Part shown: positions 42,606 through 56,816 of the stretch, in pieces
Numbering within the stretch: position 1 is the first letter of the stretch
Layout of the letters: each line of letters opens with the position of its first letter
Origin: an uncultured Microthrixaceae bacterium
Lineage (GTDB): Bacteria > Actinomycetota > Acidimicrobiia > Acidimicrobiales > Acidimicrobilacustridaceae
Assembly: GCA_963797225.1 (NCBI GenBank)
Contig: CAWCOO010000003.1
Location: forward strand, 13,202 to 77,201
DNA: 64,000 bases
Reading direction: 5' to 3'
Translations under genes and position numbers: made by a program
Notes under the pieces: model-generated
What the model was told of the DNA's origin: nothing
The model's database searches: none
Seen by the model: the letters and a program-made list of their open reading frames with translations, nothing else

Positions 42606-43933
42606 CGCCCCGCGCCGCCGATGACGCTGCGGATGGTGCGCCCGACGATGCGGGCGTCGAGCCCGAGCGACTGGTGGCGCAGGTAGTAGAACTCGTACTG
42701 CAGCTTCTCCACCGCATCGCTCTCGTCGCCGGCGTAGCCGTACTTCACCTGGGCCCAGCCGGTGAGACCCGGACGCACGAGGTGGCGCAGGTCGTAGAAC
42801 GGCAGCTTCTGCCGCAGCTCCTCGACGTAGTGCGGCTGCTCCGGGCGGGGACCGACGACGGAGAGGTCGCCGCGGATGATGTTCACGACCTGCGGCAGCT
42901 CGTCGACGTGGGACAGGCGGAGCAGCCGGCCGAACGACGTGATCCGCGGGTCGTTCTCCGCGGTCCACTCGTTGACCGATCCTTCCGGTGCGGCCCGCAT
43001 GGTGCGGAACTTGTAGATGCGGAACAGCTCGCCGTTCTTGCCGACCCGCGGCTGGTTGTAGAACAGCGAGCCCCGGTTGGCGAACAGGTTGCCGATCACC
43101 ACGAACGGGATGGAAAGCAGCAGGACGGGCATGGCCAGGAGCCCGATCAGCAGGTCGGTGACCCGCTTGAACCGCCCGTAGCGGCCCCGGTGCACCTCGC
43201 CGATGTCGAACATGAGCGACACCCGCTCGAGCTCGGACACCGGCAGCATGCCGAGCCACTCCTCGTAGAACAGGGAGAGGGTGCGCACCCGCATGCCGTG
43301 CTGGTGCAGGACCGCGGCCTGGGCCACGATCGGCGCGGCCGACTGGGCCTCGCGATCGAGCACGAGGACGCCGATCCGTTCGCGCTCGGCCAGCTCGACC
43401 AGCGGCTGGTCGCCGGCACCGGACGGCTCGACCTGCTCGACCCGCACGAGCGACACCAGGCGGGCCGGGTGTTCGGCGCCCTGGGCGATCTCGTCGCGCA
43501 GCACCGACGAGCTCGCGGTGTCGCTGACCACGAGGACCCGATCGCGGGTGGCGGCCTGCGACCGTCCGTCGGTGGCCAGCGCGGCGCAGAGCAGGTACCA
43601 GGGCACGAGCAGGATGGCTGCGCCGAGCACGACGAAGCGAGGCAGCAGCGCGTCGCCGACGAACAGCTGCAGCAGCGAGATGCCGATGGCCGGTGCCGCG
43701 ACCGCCGCCACCGCCCCGGTCAGCGCCGCCTTCGGCGAGCGGGGCAGCTCGGGCAGGCCCATGCCGTACGCGGTGACCACGAGCATGGCGATGTAGACGA
43801 TCGACCAGCCGAACCGGAAGGTGCCGGCGTAGGAGTAGGCCGGCTTGGCGATGACCGACGCGTGGTAGAGCGACAGGCCGACGACCGCGGCGATGATGCC
43901 CAGGTACAGCAGAGGGCGGGCCGCGCGGCGCAC
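42602..43933 (-). CDS. polyprenyl-phosphate glycosyl-1-phosphate transferase (WbaP/CpsE-type priming sugar transferase)
   Basis: N-terminal TM region, then the bacterial sugar transferase domain: KRVTDLLIGLLAMPV.., FRIYKFRTM, DELPQVVNIIRGDLSVVGPRP, GLTGWAQV. Starts 4 nt after the uvrA stop. Confidence 0.9.
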   Translation of the reverse strand: MRRAARPLLYLGIIAAVVGLSLYHASVIAKPAYSYAGTFRFGWSIVYIAMLVVTAYGMGLPELPRSPKAALTGAVAAVAAPAIGISLLQLFVGDALLPRFVVLGAAILLVPWYLLCAALATDGRSQAATRDRVLVVSDTASSSVLRDEIAQGAEHPARLVSLVRVEQVEPSGAGDQPLVELAERERIGVLVLDREAQSAAPIVAQAAVLHQHGMRVRTLSLFYEEWLGMLPVSELERVSLMFDIGEVHRGRYGRFKRVTDLLIGLLAMPVLLLSIPFVVIGNLFANRGSLFYNQPRVGKNGELFRIYKFRTMRAAPEGSVNEWTAENDPRITSFGRLLRLSHVDELPQVVNIIRGDLSVVGPRPEQPHYVEELRQKLPFYDLRHLVRPGLTGWAQVKYGYAGDESDAVEKLQYEFYYLRHQSLGLDARIVGRTIRSVIGGAGR

Positions 43934-43937
43934 GGGA

Positions 43938-46775
<2,838 letters not shown>

Positions 46776-46805
46776 TGGGGACAAGCCTACCGGCGGGTCC
46801 CAACT

Positions 46806-46819
46806 CGAACACGTGTTTC
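46806..46819 (-). promoter_or_regulatory. candidate LexA (SOS / Cheo-type) box upstream of uvrA
   Basis: CGAACACGTGTTTC matches CGAACRNRYGTTYC at all 14 positions (left half TCGAAC also fits the actinobacterial TCGAAC-N4-GTTCGA). It lies 30 nt upstream of the uvrA ATG in an 89-nt spacer. Confidence 0.55.
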
Positions 46820-46864
46820 GCTCCCGGCCACAGATGCTCGATCAGGAGTGCCTGAGACGCCCGA

Positions 46865-48550
46865 TCAGGAGGGGGTCGCCGTGTAGGTCGTGACGCGGAA
46901 GTCGGAGAAGTCGGTGTGGACGATCTCCGAGCCCTCCAGGGTCCAGCCGTCGAACTGCAGCGGATCGCGGTCGGTCTTGGTGTCGACGAGGGCGAACGTC
47001 GGGGCCCCGGCGTCGAGCGCGACCTGCGCCGCGTAGGGCAGGTCGTCGGGGCCGGCCGTCGAGAGCCAGTCCTTGCGGCCGTAGGTGGCGCCGAACTCGC
47101 GGGCGACGAAGCCCTGGGGCTGGATGAGCACGGCCTCGGGGCGGGCCTCGAGGACGTCCGCCGCGGCGGCCACCTCGTGGCTGCGGACCGAGAGCCACGC
47201 CAGGCCGAAGACGGTGACCGCCACCGACAGCGAGATCAGGAAGCGGCGGACCCACTGCTCGAGCCTGGGGAGGCAAGCCACGCCGACCGCGGCGAGGATC
47301 GTCCCGGTGGTGAGGATGTAGCGGCCGCCCCACTGCGGCGCGGCGCCGCCGGGGAACTGGAAGAAGAACACGAGCGGCAGCGGCACGAGCGCCAGGGCCA
47401 GGAACGGCCGGGCCGATCGTCGGTTCCAGCCGAGGACCACCGCGGCGACGGCCAGCGGGGTGGTGGCGACCAGGCCGGGCACGAAGCCGAGCCCGTCGCG
47501 GAACCGGTAGAGGTAGATGAAGCCGACGATCGTCGCCAGGACGACCGAGAGCACCCGGTCCCGGCGCCTCCACGAGCACCACACCAGGTAGGCGAGGGCC
47601 GCGGTCAGCGCCGCGCCGAACACGAAGGCCTCGCCGTCGACGGCCGGGATGGGCGACAGCCCGGTCACGATCGCCTCCTTGATCCGGAGCGCGAGCTCGC
47701 CGCCGCCCCCCGTCGCCGCGCCCGAGGCCCGGGCCGACCGCATGGTCGTGCCGAGCACCGCCAGCTCGAGCACCGCGTTGGCGAGGAAGAACGTGACCAG
47801 GCCGACGAGCGCCGTGGCCCCGGTGAGGACGGCGCCGGCCAGGTTCTTCCTCTTCGCGAGGATGAGCACGCAGGCCACCGCGACCATGGCGAAGCCGTAG
47901 GCCAGCGCCTCGGTGCGCATCGCGAACGCCGCCCCGATCAGGGCCCCGGCGGCCAGCCCCCGCCACCACGAGGGTCGATCCGTGGCTGCGTCGTAGAGCG
48001 CGACCGCAGCCCAGGAGAGCAGCGCCACCCCGATGGTGTGCTCCCAGAAGTCGAGGGCGTAGATCGTCAGCGGCGAAGCCAGGCCCACCACCCAGAAGGC
48101 CATCCATCCGTCACCCGGGCCGACCCGTCGGGCGATGGCCCGAGCCGCGAACGCGGCGGCGATCGATCCGAGCATCGGGAGCAGCAGCGCCAGCCGGTAG
48201 CCGCCGAGCCGGTAGAGCGGACCGCCGGCCAGCACCATCGGCAGCGACGTCGAGTTGACGTAGCGGTCCCCGAACCTCGTGGTCGTGTACAGGCCGTGGA
48301 CCTTGGCGTCGGGGTCCTGCGCCGCGGCCCAGTAGCCCACGTCGGGGTCGAGGTCGCCCCGCCGATCCATCATCACGAGGCTGGCGGTCTTGCCGCCGGT
48401 GTCGGTGCCGAGCGACCCGCGTGGGTCGTTCAGCAGCGAGAGGCCGGCATAGATCACGAGCAGGAGCAGCGCCGCGAGCAGCGGACGGCGGAGCAGGCCC
48501 ACGTACCACCGTCGGGACTGCGACTGCTCGAGGACGGGGGTGGCGGTCAC
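46865..48550 (-). CDS. large polytopic membrane protein (function unknown, possibly GT-C-like), translationally coupled to the upstream GT-C gene
   Basis: GTG 48550 overlaps the upstream TGA (GTGA). About 561 aa with many TM segments (..[17 protein letters not shown].., ..[22 protein letters not shown]..) and a C-terminal soluble region. It forms the 3' part of the artificial 1070-aa ORF 46865..50077. Confidence 0.65.
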   Translation of the reverse strand: MTATPVLEQSQSRRWYVGLLRRPLLAALLLLVIYAGLSLLNDPRGSLGTDTGGKTASLVMMDRRGDLDPDVGYWAAAQDPDAKVHGLYTTTRFGDRYVNSTSLPMVLAGGPLYRLGGYRLALLLPMLGSIAAAFAARAIARRVGPGDGWMAFWVVGLASPLTIYALDFWEHTIGVALLSWAAVALYDAATDRPSWWRGLAAGALIGAAFAMRTEALAYGFAMVAVACVLILAKRKNLAGAVLTGATALVGLVTFFLANAVLELAVLGTTMRSARASGAATGGGGELALRIKEAIVTGLSPIPAVDGEAFVFGAALTAALAYLVWCSWRRRDRVLSVVLATIVGFIYLYRFRDGLGFVPGLVATTPLAVAAVVLGWNRRSARPFLALALVPLPLVFFFQFPGGAAPQWGGRYILTTGTILAAVGVACLPRLEQWVRRFLISLSVAVTVFGLAWLSVRSHEVAAAADVLEARPEAVLIQPQGFVAREFGATYGRKDWLSTAGPDDLPYAAQVALDAGAPTFALVDTKTDRDPLQFDGWTLEGSEIVHTDFSDFRVTTYTATPS

Positions 48551-50077
48551 GGCACGGTCTCGTCGGAGGGCCGGGCCGAGGTGGGATCGAGTTGCAGGCA
48601 GCGCACGTGGAAGCCGCCGTACTGGCCCTCCGGCGCGCACTGCGACGCGTCGACGGGCAAGGGATCGTCGATGTAGGTGGCGTCGACCAGCCAGACCCGA
48701 CCGCTCCACGGGCCGTCGCCGAGCATGAACGCCGTGGTGTCGTCGAGCCCGAGGTCGATGACGTGCTCGGGCCCTGGGCGCCGGTCGGCGAGGTACCAGC
48801 GCATCATCGTGCCGTCGGGGTGCGAGGCGACGGCGTCGCCGTCGTGGGCCCCGGCCAGCACGGCGGACACGACGCCGTCGGTGTCGGCGGTCTGGTCCAT
48901 CGTCGGCGAGATCCACGGGACGATCTGCAGCAGGATGAGCGCGAGCACGGCGACGCCGGCCAGCGCGAGCTTCCGCCACGCCGCGACCACCAGCCCGGCG
49001 AGCACGACGGGCACGGCCCACCCGACCACGACGAACGTCTTGGGCATGACGATGGGCTCGCCCAGCCCGATCACGAGCGCCACCGCCGCCGGCACCAGCG
49101 CCGCGCACACGAGCACCCGCCCGAGCCGCGCGGTCGGTCCTCACGGTGACGGCGGTGCCGATGGCGAGCAGCGGCAGCACGATCATCCGGTTGCTGGGCA
49201 CCGCTGCGACCATCTCGTTGAAGCTGATCGACATCGTGTGGAGCGACGTGAGCTCGTGGTAGGTCGTGCCGCTCGAGCCCTTGGCCAGGACCGAGCCCCA
49301 CAGCGCCAGGAACACGCCACCGGCGCCGGCGATGGCCGCCCGCCACTGCCAGTCCGTCCGATCCCGCCCGAGCCCGGGCAGGAGCAGCAGCCCGGGCAGC
49401 AGGATCAGACCGGTGGCGTGGGAGAGCGCCGCGGCGAGCCCGGCCGCGGCGGCCACGAGGGCCCAGCGCAACGAACGGTCACCCAACCACTGCCACGCCG
49501 CGAACGCGGCCACCACGCCCAGCAGCACCAGCAGGCCGTACATGCGGTTCTGGCGGCCGTAGGCGAGCTGGAACGGGAGGACGGCGAACAGCGCGGTCGC
49601 CAGCAGGCCCTTCCACCCCTCGTGGCGCTGCCACCAGGCCATCACCGCGACCGCCGCGAGCGAGCAGAGCGCCGACAGCGCACGGAGCCGGGTGTCGGAG
49701 GCGCCGGTGGTGGCCAGCGGGTGGAGCAGCAGGTACGACAGCGGCGGATGGGGGTCGGTGCGGCTGATCCAGCCGGGGATGTCGGTCAGCGGGAGGTGCG
49801 CCGAGATGGCGCTGTAGGTCTCGTCGGGGCTCATGGCCCCGTGGCCGAGCGCCCAGAAGCGCAGGCCGGCGGCCACCACGACGCAGAGGCCGAGCAGCGC
49901 GGCGGTGGTGCGGGGGGCCGGGCCGGCTTCGGGCCGGTCGGCCGAGTCGTCGTGGACGACCGGGCCCGATCCGCTCCGGACCGACGCGGGCTGCGTGGCG
50001 ACCGAACCGGGCGCGGGCGCAGACGCGGGCTCGGTCCGGCGATCGGGCGGCGTCACCCGTGTCTCATCGGCGGCCAC
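48547..50077 (-). CDS. GT-C-type (PMT/ArnT-like) membrane glycosyltransferase; one frame break near 49135
   Basis: ..SPDETYSAISAHLPLTDIPGWISRTDPHPPLSYLLLH.. loop motif, multiple TM segments, C-terminal extracytoplasmic domain with a Cys pair. Paralogue of 52222..53607. ORF 46865..50077 (5' part) joins ORF 48547..49116 at ..AIGTAVTV../..RLGRVLVCAALV... GTG start lies 15 nt after the uvrB stop. Confidence 0.7.
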
Positions 50078-50091
50078 CAGGCGGAGTTGAG

Positions 50092-52179
<2,088 letters not shown>

Positions 52180-52221
52180 CTTGCGAGCATACCGAGGGGG
52201 TGTGACACGAACCCCCGGGGC

Positions 52222-53607
52222 TCAGCCGCCCGGAACGGTGTAGCAACCCAGCAGGTAGTCGCCCTGGTGCCGCGCGTCGACCCCGGCGCAGGGCACCAGG
52301 GTGTCGAGCGGCATCGCGTAGGTGTCCGGCTGCAGCACCCACACCCGTCCGTCGAAGGGCTGATCGCCGACCACGAACACGAAGGCGTCGAGCCCGGCCA
52401 GCTCGGTCGGCACCGCGGGATCCCTCGGGGCGCCGAGGTCCCAGCCCGCCAACGGCCACAGCCAGTCCGGGTGGACCGCGACCGCGTCGCCCGGGGCGAC
52501 GGCCTCCGCGAGCGCCTTGCGGGCCGGTGTCGACCCCTCCTCATAGGTGATGGCCGGTCGCACCGAGGGCACGACGAGCACCACCACCAGCGCCACGGCC
52601 CCGATCCCGACCGCAGGGGAGAACCGGCGGGCCCGCTCGATCAGCGCCGCCAGCGCCAGCGGCGGGGCCCAGGCCGCGAAGGCCAGGGTGCGGGGCAGCA
52701 GGAAGTGGGCCTTGACCCCGATCACCAGCGCGGCCGCGAACGGCGCGAGGAACAGGACGCACCAGAGCCACCCGAGCCGGCGGTCCTCGTCGCGCAGCAG
52801 CACCGCGCCGACGCCGACCGCCAGCAGCACGGCGACACCGAGACCCGTGTACATGGTCACGAGGCCGTTGAGTGCGTCGAGCGCCGGTCCGACGTTGGTG
52901 AAGGGGATCCACGAGGAGTTCTGGTGGCGGGCCTGGTCGACGAAGGACGGGCCCCACACCACCGCCCACACCACGACCGCACCGAGGATCGACCCCCGCC
53001 ACCACCAGGCCTCGCGGTCGGTTCGTCGGCCCGGCACCAGCAGGAGCCCACCGGCCAGGAGGAGCGCCGACGAGTGGTCGAAGAGGGCGATCAGCAGCGC
53101 AGCCGCCACCAGGCAGCGCCAGCGCGGCTGCGGCCGGCGGAGCCACTGCTCGGAGCCGACCGCCGCCACCGTGCCGCACAGCACCACCAGGGCGTACATC
53201 CGGGCGGTGTGGCCGTACAGCAGCTCGAACGCGGACACGCTGGTCAATGCGACCACGGCGACGCCGAACCAGCCCCGGCGCCACATCCAGGCCACGGTGA
53301 CCAGGAGCGTCACCGTCGCGAACACCGCGGAGGGGACCCGCAGGGCAGCCGTGCCGCCCGGATCGGCGAAGAAGTGGCGCAGCAGGTAGTCGAGCGGCGG
53401 ATGGGCGTCGTTGGCCCGCAGGGCGGCCGGTATGTCGCGGAGCGGGAGGTGCGAGTAGACACCGGTGAAGGCCTCGTCGAACGTCGCCGTCGGGCCTCCG
53501 AGATCCCACCAGCGCAGCACGAGACCGACCACCGTGGCGGCGGCGAGCGCCCACCGCTGGGCCCGGGTCGGCATGGTGGTTCGAAGGGTCGTGCCGGCCG
53601 TGGCCAC
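52222..53607 (-). CDS. GT-C-type (PMT/ArnT-like) membrane glycosyltransferase
   Basis: 461 aa, intact. ..TFDEAFTGVYSHLPLRDIPAALRANDAHPPLDYLLRH.., about 9-10 TM segments, C-terminal domain ..GRVWVLQPDTY..C..C... Divergent from dprE2 and 42 nt upstream of uvrB. Confidence 0.75.
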   Translation of the reverse strand: MATAGTTLRTTMPTRAQRWALAAATVVGLVLRWWDLGGPTATFDEAFTGVYSHLPLRDIPAALRANDAHPPLDYLLRHFFADPGGTAALRVPSAVFATVTLLVTVAWMWRRGWFGVAVVALTSVSAFELLYGHTARMYALVVLCGTVAAVGSEQWLRRPQPRWRCLVAAALLIALFDHSSALLLAGGLLLVPGRRTDREAWWWRGSILGAVVVWAVVWGPSFVDQARHQNSSWIPFTNVGPALDALNGLVTMYTGLGVAVLLAVGVGAVLLRDEDRRLGWLWCVLFLAPFAAALVIGVKAHFLLPRTLAFAAWAPPLALAALIERARRFSPAVGIGAVALVVVLVVPSVRPAITYEEGSTPARKALAEAVAPGDAVAVHPDWLWPLAGWDLGAPRDPAVPTELAGLDAFVFVVGDQPFDGRVWVLQPDTYAMPLDTLVPCAGVDARHQGDYLLGCYTVPGG

Positions 53608-53715
53608 GCCGACAAGGTACTCAACCGGACCCGCTCGGGACCGCGACCGGTCCGCCGGGGGCGGACGTCGGGCGAACTACGATCGACGACCACCCGACCC
53701 GGCCCCCCGGCCTCC

Positions 53716-54498
53716 ATGCCCGGAAGTGAGCACGCGTACATGCAGGACGCCCTCGGATCACCGCAGTCCGCCCTCGTGCTGGGCGGATCCTCCGAGATCG
53801 CGCTGGCGACGGTCCGCCGGCTCGTCGATGCCCGGTGCCGCCGCGTCGTCCTCGCCGTGCGTGACCTCGAGGCAGCCGAGGGTCCCGCCGCGGAGCTCCG
53901 GGCCCGGGGCGCCGAGGTCGAGCTGGTGGCCTTCGACGCCCTCGACACCGCGTCGCACCAGAAGGTCATCGGCGACGTCTTCGACGGCGCCGACATCGAC
54001 CTCGTGCTGCTCGCCTTCGGCGTGCTCGGCGACCAGGCCTCGTTCGACGCCGATCCCGAAGCGGCCGCCGATGCCGCCCGCATCAACTACGTCGGCGCCG
54101 TGTCGTCGGGTCTCGTCGTCGCCAACCTCCTACGGGCCCAGGGCCACGGCACCCTCGTCGTGCTCTCGTCGGTCGCCGCCGAACGGGCCCGCAAGAGCAA
54201 CTACGTGTACGGCTCGACCAAGGCCGGGCTGGATGCGTTCGCCCAGGGCCTGGCCGACGCGCTCATCGGCACCGGCGCCCGGGTCATGGTCGTGCGGCCC
54301 GGATTCGTGCACACCCGGATGACCGCGGGCATGGACGCGCAGCCGTTCTCGACCACGCCTGAGGTCGTCGCCGCGCAGATCACCCGGGGCCTCGAACGGG
54401 GCAGCACCACGGTGTGGGCCCCGCCCATCGTGCGCTGGATGTTCGCCGTGCTCCGCCACCTGCCGCGCCCGCTCTGGCGGATCGTCTCGGCCCGCTGA
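53716..54498 (+). CDS. dprE2: decaprenylphospho-D-erythro-pentofuranosid-2-ulose 2-reductase (DprE2-type SDR)
   Basis: ..SALVLGGSSEIALA.. (NAD(P) fold), ..LSSVAAER.., YGSTKAGLDAF (YxxxK), ..VRPGFVHTRMT... The start may be ATG 53740 (MQDALG..). Operon context with the ubiA-type and DprE1 genes. Confidence 0.8.
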   Translation: MPGSEHAYMQDALGSPQSALVLGGSSEIALATVRRLVDARCRRVVLAVRDLEAAEGPAAELRARGAEVELVAFDALDTASHQKVIGDVFDGADIDLVLLAFGVLGDQASFDADPEAAADAARINYVGAVSSGLVVANLLRAQGHGTLVVLSSVAAERARKSNYVYGSTKAGLDAFAQGLADALIGTGARVMVVRPGFVHTRMTAGMDAQPFSTTPEVVAAQITRGLERGSTTVWAPPIVRWMFAVLRHLPRPLWRIVSAR

Positions 54499-54500
54499 CC

Positions 54501-55424
54501 ATGGCGACCGAGGCGGAGACGGGGTCGAGCGCCCCCGCGGCTCGACCCGAGGGCCAGCTCCACGGGTTCGTCCGCGCCCTGCGACCCCGGCAGTGGGCCA
54601 AGAACGTGCTGGTCTTCGCCGCGCCGGTCGCGGCCGGCAGCATCAACGAGTGGCCGGTGCTGCGCAACAGCCTGTTCGCCTTCGTCGCGTTCTGCATGGC
54701 GGCCAGCGGCACCTACCTGCTCAACGACGCCCGCGACGTCGAGGCCGACCGCCTCCACCCGGTGAAGTGCAACCGGCCCATCGCCTCGGGGATCGTGTCG
54801 CTCCCCGTCGCCTACGGCGCCGCGGCGGTGCTGATCGTCGCGTCCCTCGCCATCGGCTTCGCCACCGCCCGCAACCTCGGCATCACCCTGCTCGCCTACC
54901 TCGTCACCACCACCGCCTACTCGCTGTGGCTCAAGCGCCAGCCGGTGCTCGACATCGTGACCGTGGCCGCCGGCTTCGTGCTCCGGGCCATCGCCGGCGC
55001 GGCCGCCACCGACCTGCCCATCTCCGAGTGGTTCTTCATCGTCACAAGCTTCGGCGCCCTGCTCGTCGTGATCGGCAAGCGGGAGGGCGAGATGCACGCG
55101 CTCGGCGACCGGGCCGCGAGCGTGCGGGCCACCCTGGGCGCCTACACCCCCGAGTTCCTGCGCTACCTGCGCTCGGTGTCCACCGGCGTCGTGCTCGTCG
55201 CGTACTGCCTCTGGGCCTTCGAGTCGGGATCGACCAGCCCCGACGGCGCGAGCTGGTTCAAGCTCTCGATCGTCCCGTTCGCCGTCGCCATCTTCCAGTA
55301 CGGGCTCATCCTCGAACGTGGCGGCGGCGAGAACCCCGAGGAGGTCCTGACCTCGGATCGGGCGATCCTCCTGTCGGGCGCCATCTGGGCGATCATCTAT
55401 GGCTATGCCGTCTACCGCACCTGA
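54501..55424 (+). CDS. decaprenyl-phosphate phosphoribosyltransferase (UbiA superfamily, Rv3806c-type)
   Basis: ..LRPRQWAKNVLVFAAP.., LLNDARDVEADRLHPVKCNRPIASG (NDxxDxxxD), second Asp-rich region, about 8 TM segments. ATG lies 3 nt after the dprE2 stop. Confidence 0.85.
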   Translation: MATEAETGSSAPAARPEGQLHGFVRALRPRQWAKNVLVFAAPVAAGSINEWPVLRNSLFAFVAFCMAASGTYLLNDARDVEADRLHPVKCNRPIASGIVSLPVAYGAAAVLIVASLAIGFATARNLGITLLAYLVTTTAYSLWLKRQPVLDIVTVAAGFVLRAIAGAAATDLPISEWFFIVTSFGALLVVIGKREGEMHALGDRAASVRATLGAYTPEFLRYLRSVSTGVVLVAYCLWAFESGSTSPDGASWFKLSIVPFAVAIFQYGLILERGGGENPEEVLTSDRAILLSGAIWAIIYGYAVYRT

Positions 55425-56790
55425 CCGGCCTTCGGGCCCGGCGCTCCGCCGCCGAGAGCTGCGCGGCTGGGGCGGCACCGCGGCCACCGCGGCAATGGTC
55501 GCGGAACCGACGTCCGCGCTCGACCTGGCCCACGCGCTCGAGGGCGTCGGCGAGCGGGGCCTGATCGCCCGCGGCCTCGGACGGGCCTACGGCGACGGCG
55601 CCCAGAACGCCGGAGGCCGGGTGGTCGAGACCACCAACGTGCGCGACTTCCACCTCGACCCCGAGACCGGGATCGTGCGGGCGTCGGCCGGCGCCAGCAT
55701 CGACGCGCTCATGCGCGACCTGGTCCCCCGCGGCTTCTTCGTGCCCGTCACCGCAGGCACCCGCTACGTGACGGTCGGCGGGGCGATCGCGGCCGACATC
55801 CACGGCAAGAACCACCACAAGGGCGGCACGTGGTGCAGCCACGTGCGGAGCATCACGCTGGCCCTGCCCGACGGCTCGCAGCTGGTCGTCACGCCGACCG
55901 AGCACGCCGACGTCTTCTGGGCCACCGCCGGCGGCATGGGGCTCACCGGCGTCATCATCGAGGCCACCTTCCAGTGCCCCCGGATCGAGACCAGCCGGCT
56001 GCTCGTCGACACCGACCGCACCGCCGACCTCGACGCCGTCATGGCCCTCATGGCCGACAGCGACGACGACTACGACTACTCGGTCGCCTGGATCGACCTC
56101 AGCGCCCGGGGCCGCTCGATGGGCCGCTCGATCCTCGGGCGGGGTCGCTTCGCCACCGCCGACGAGGTGCCCGGCGACCCGTCGACCCACCTCGACTACG
56201 ACGCCGGCATCATCGCCAGCGCGCCGCCGATCTTCCCGTCCGGGCTGCTCAACCGGCTCTCCATCCGGGTGCTCAACGAGGCGTGGTACCGCAAGGCCCC
56301 CAAGGCCCGCCACGACGAGCTGCAGACCATCCCCACGTTCTTCCACCCGCTCGACATGCTCGGCCACTGGAACCGGGTCTACGGCTCCCGCGGGTTCCTG
56401 CAGTGGCAGTACGTCGTGCCGTTCGGGGCCGAGGAGACCGTGCGCCACACCGTCGACCGCCTCAGCGCCACCGGCAGCAGCTCGTTCGTGTCGGTGCTCA
56501 AGCGCTTCGGCGCCAGCAACCCGGGCCCGCTGTCGTTCCCGATCCCCGGGTGGACCCTCAGCCTCGACATCCCCGTCGGCATCCCGGGCCTCGGTCCGCT
56601 GCTCGACGAGCTCGACGAGCGGGTCGTCGAGGTCGGTGGCCGGATCTACCTGGCCAAGGACAGCCGGGTCCGGGCCGAGCTGCTGCCGGCCATGTACCCA
56701 CGGCTGGACGAGTGGCGGGCGGTCCGGGAACGGCTCGACCCCCATCACGTGCTGCAGAGCGACCTGGCCCGACGACTGCGCCTGCTCTGA
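55399..56790 (+). CDS. dprE1: decaprenylphosphoryl-beta-D-ribose 2'-oxidase (DprE1-type FAD oxidoreductase)
   Basis: FAD-binding PCMH-type N-terminus (..ARGLGRAYGDGAQN..VTVGGAIAADIHGKNHH..). The C-terminus ..PLSFPIPGWTLSLDIP..GGRIYLAKDSR..MYPRLDEWRAVRERLDP..SDLARRLRLL closely parallels mycobacterial DprE1 as I recall it. Confidence 0.85.
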   Translation: MAMPSTAPDRPSGPALRRRELRGWGGTAATAAMVAEPTSALDLAHALEGVGERGLIARGLGRAYGDGAQNAGGRVVETTNVRDFHLDPETGIVRASAGASIDALMRDLVPRGFFVPVTAGTRYVTVGGAIAADIHGKNHHKGGTWCSHVRSITLALPDGSQLVVTPTEHADVFWATAGGMGLTGVIIEATFQCPRIETSRLLVDTDRTADLDAVMALMADSDDDYDYSVAWIDLSARGRSMGRSILGRGRFATADEVPGDPSTHLDYDAGIIASAPPIFPSGLLNRLSIRVLNEAWYRKAPKARHDELQTIPTFFHPLDMLGHWNRVYGSRGFLQWQYVVPFGAEETVRHTVDRLSATGSSSFVSVLKRFGASNPGPLSFPIPGWTLSLDIPVGIPGLGPLLDELDERVVEVGGRIYLAKDSRVRAELLPAMYPRLDEWRAVRERLDPHHVLQSDLARRLRLL

Positions 56791-56816
56791 GGTTCGACCG
56801 GTTGGGGCGACGCGGC

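Noticed and set aside
46865-50077. Single 1070-aa protein suggested by the ORF track
   Set aside because: The middle of that frame (about 48550-49130) is Arg/Ala/Gly-rich nonsense. The sequence resolves into a frame-broken GT-C gene (48547-50077) and a separate membrane protein starting at GTG 48550 with a GTGA overlap.
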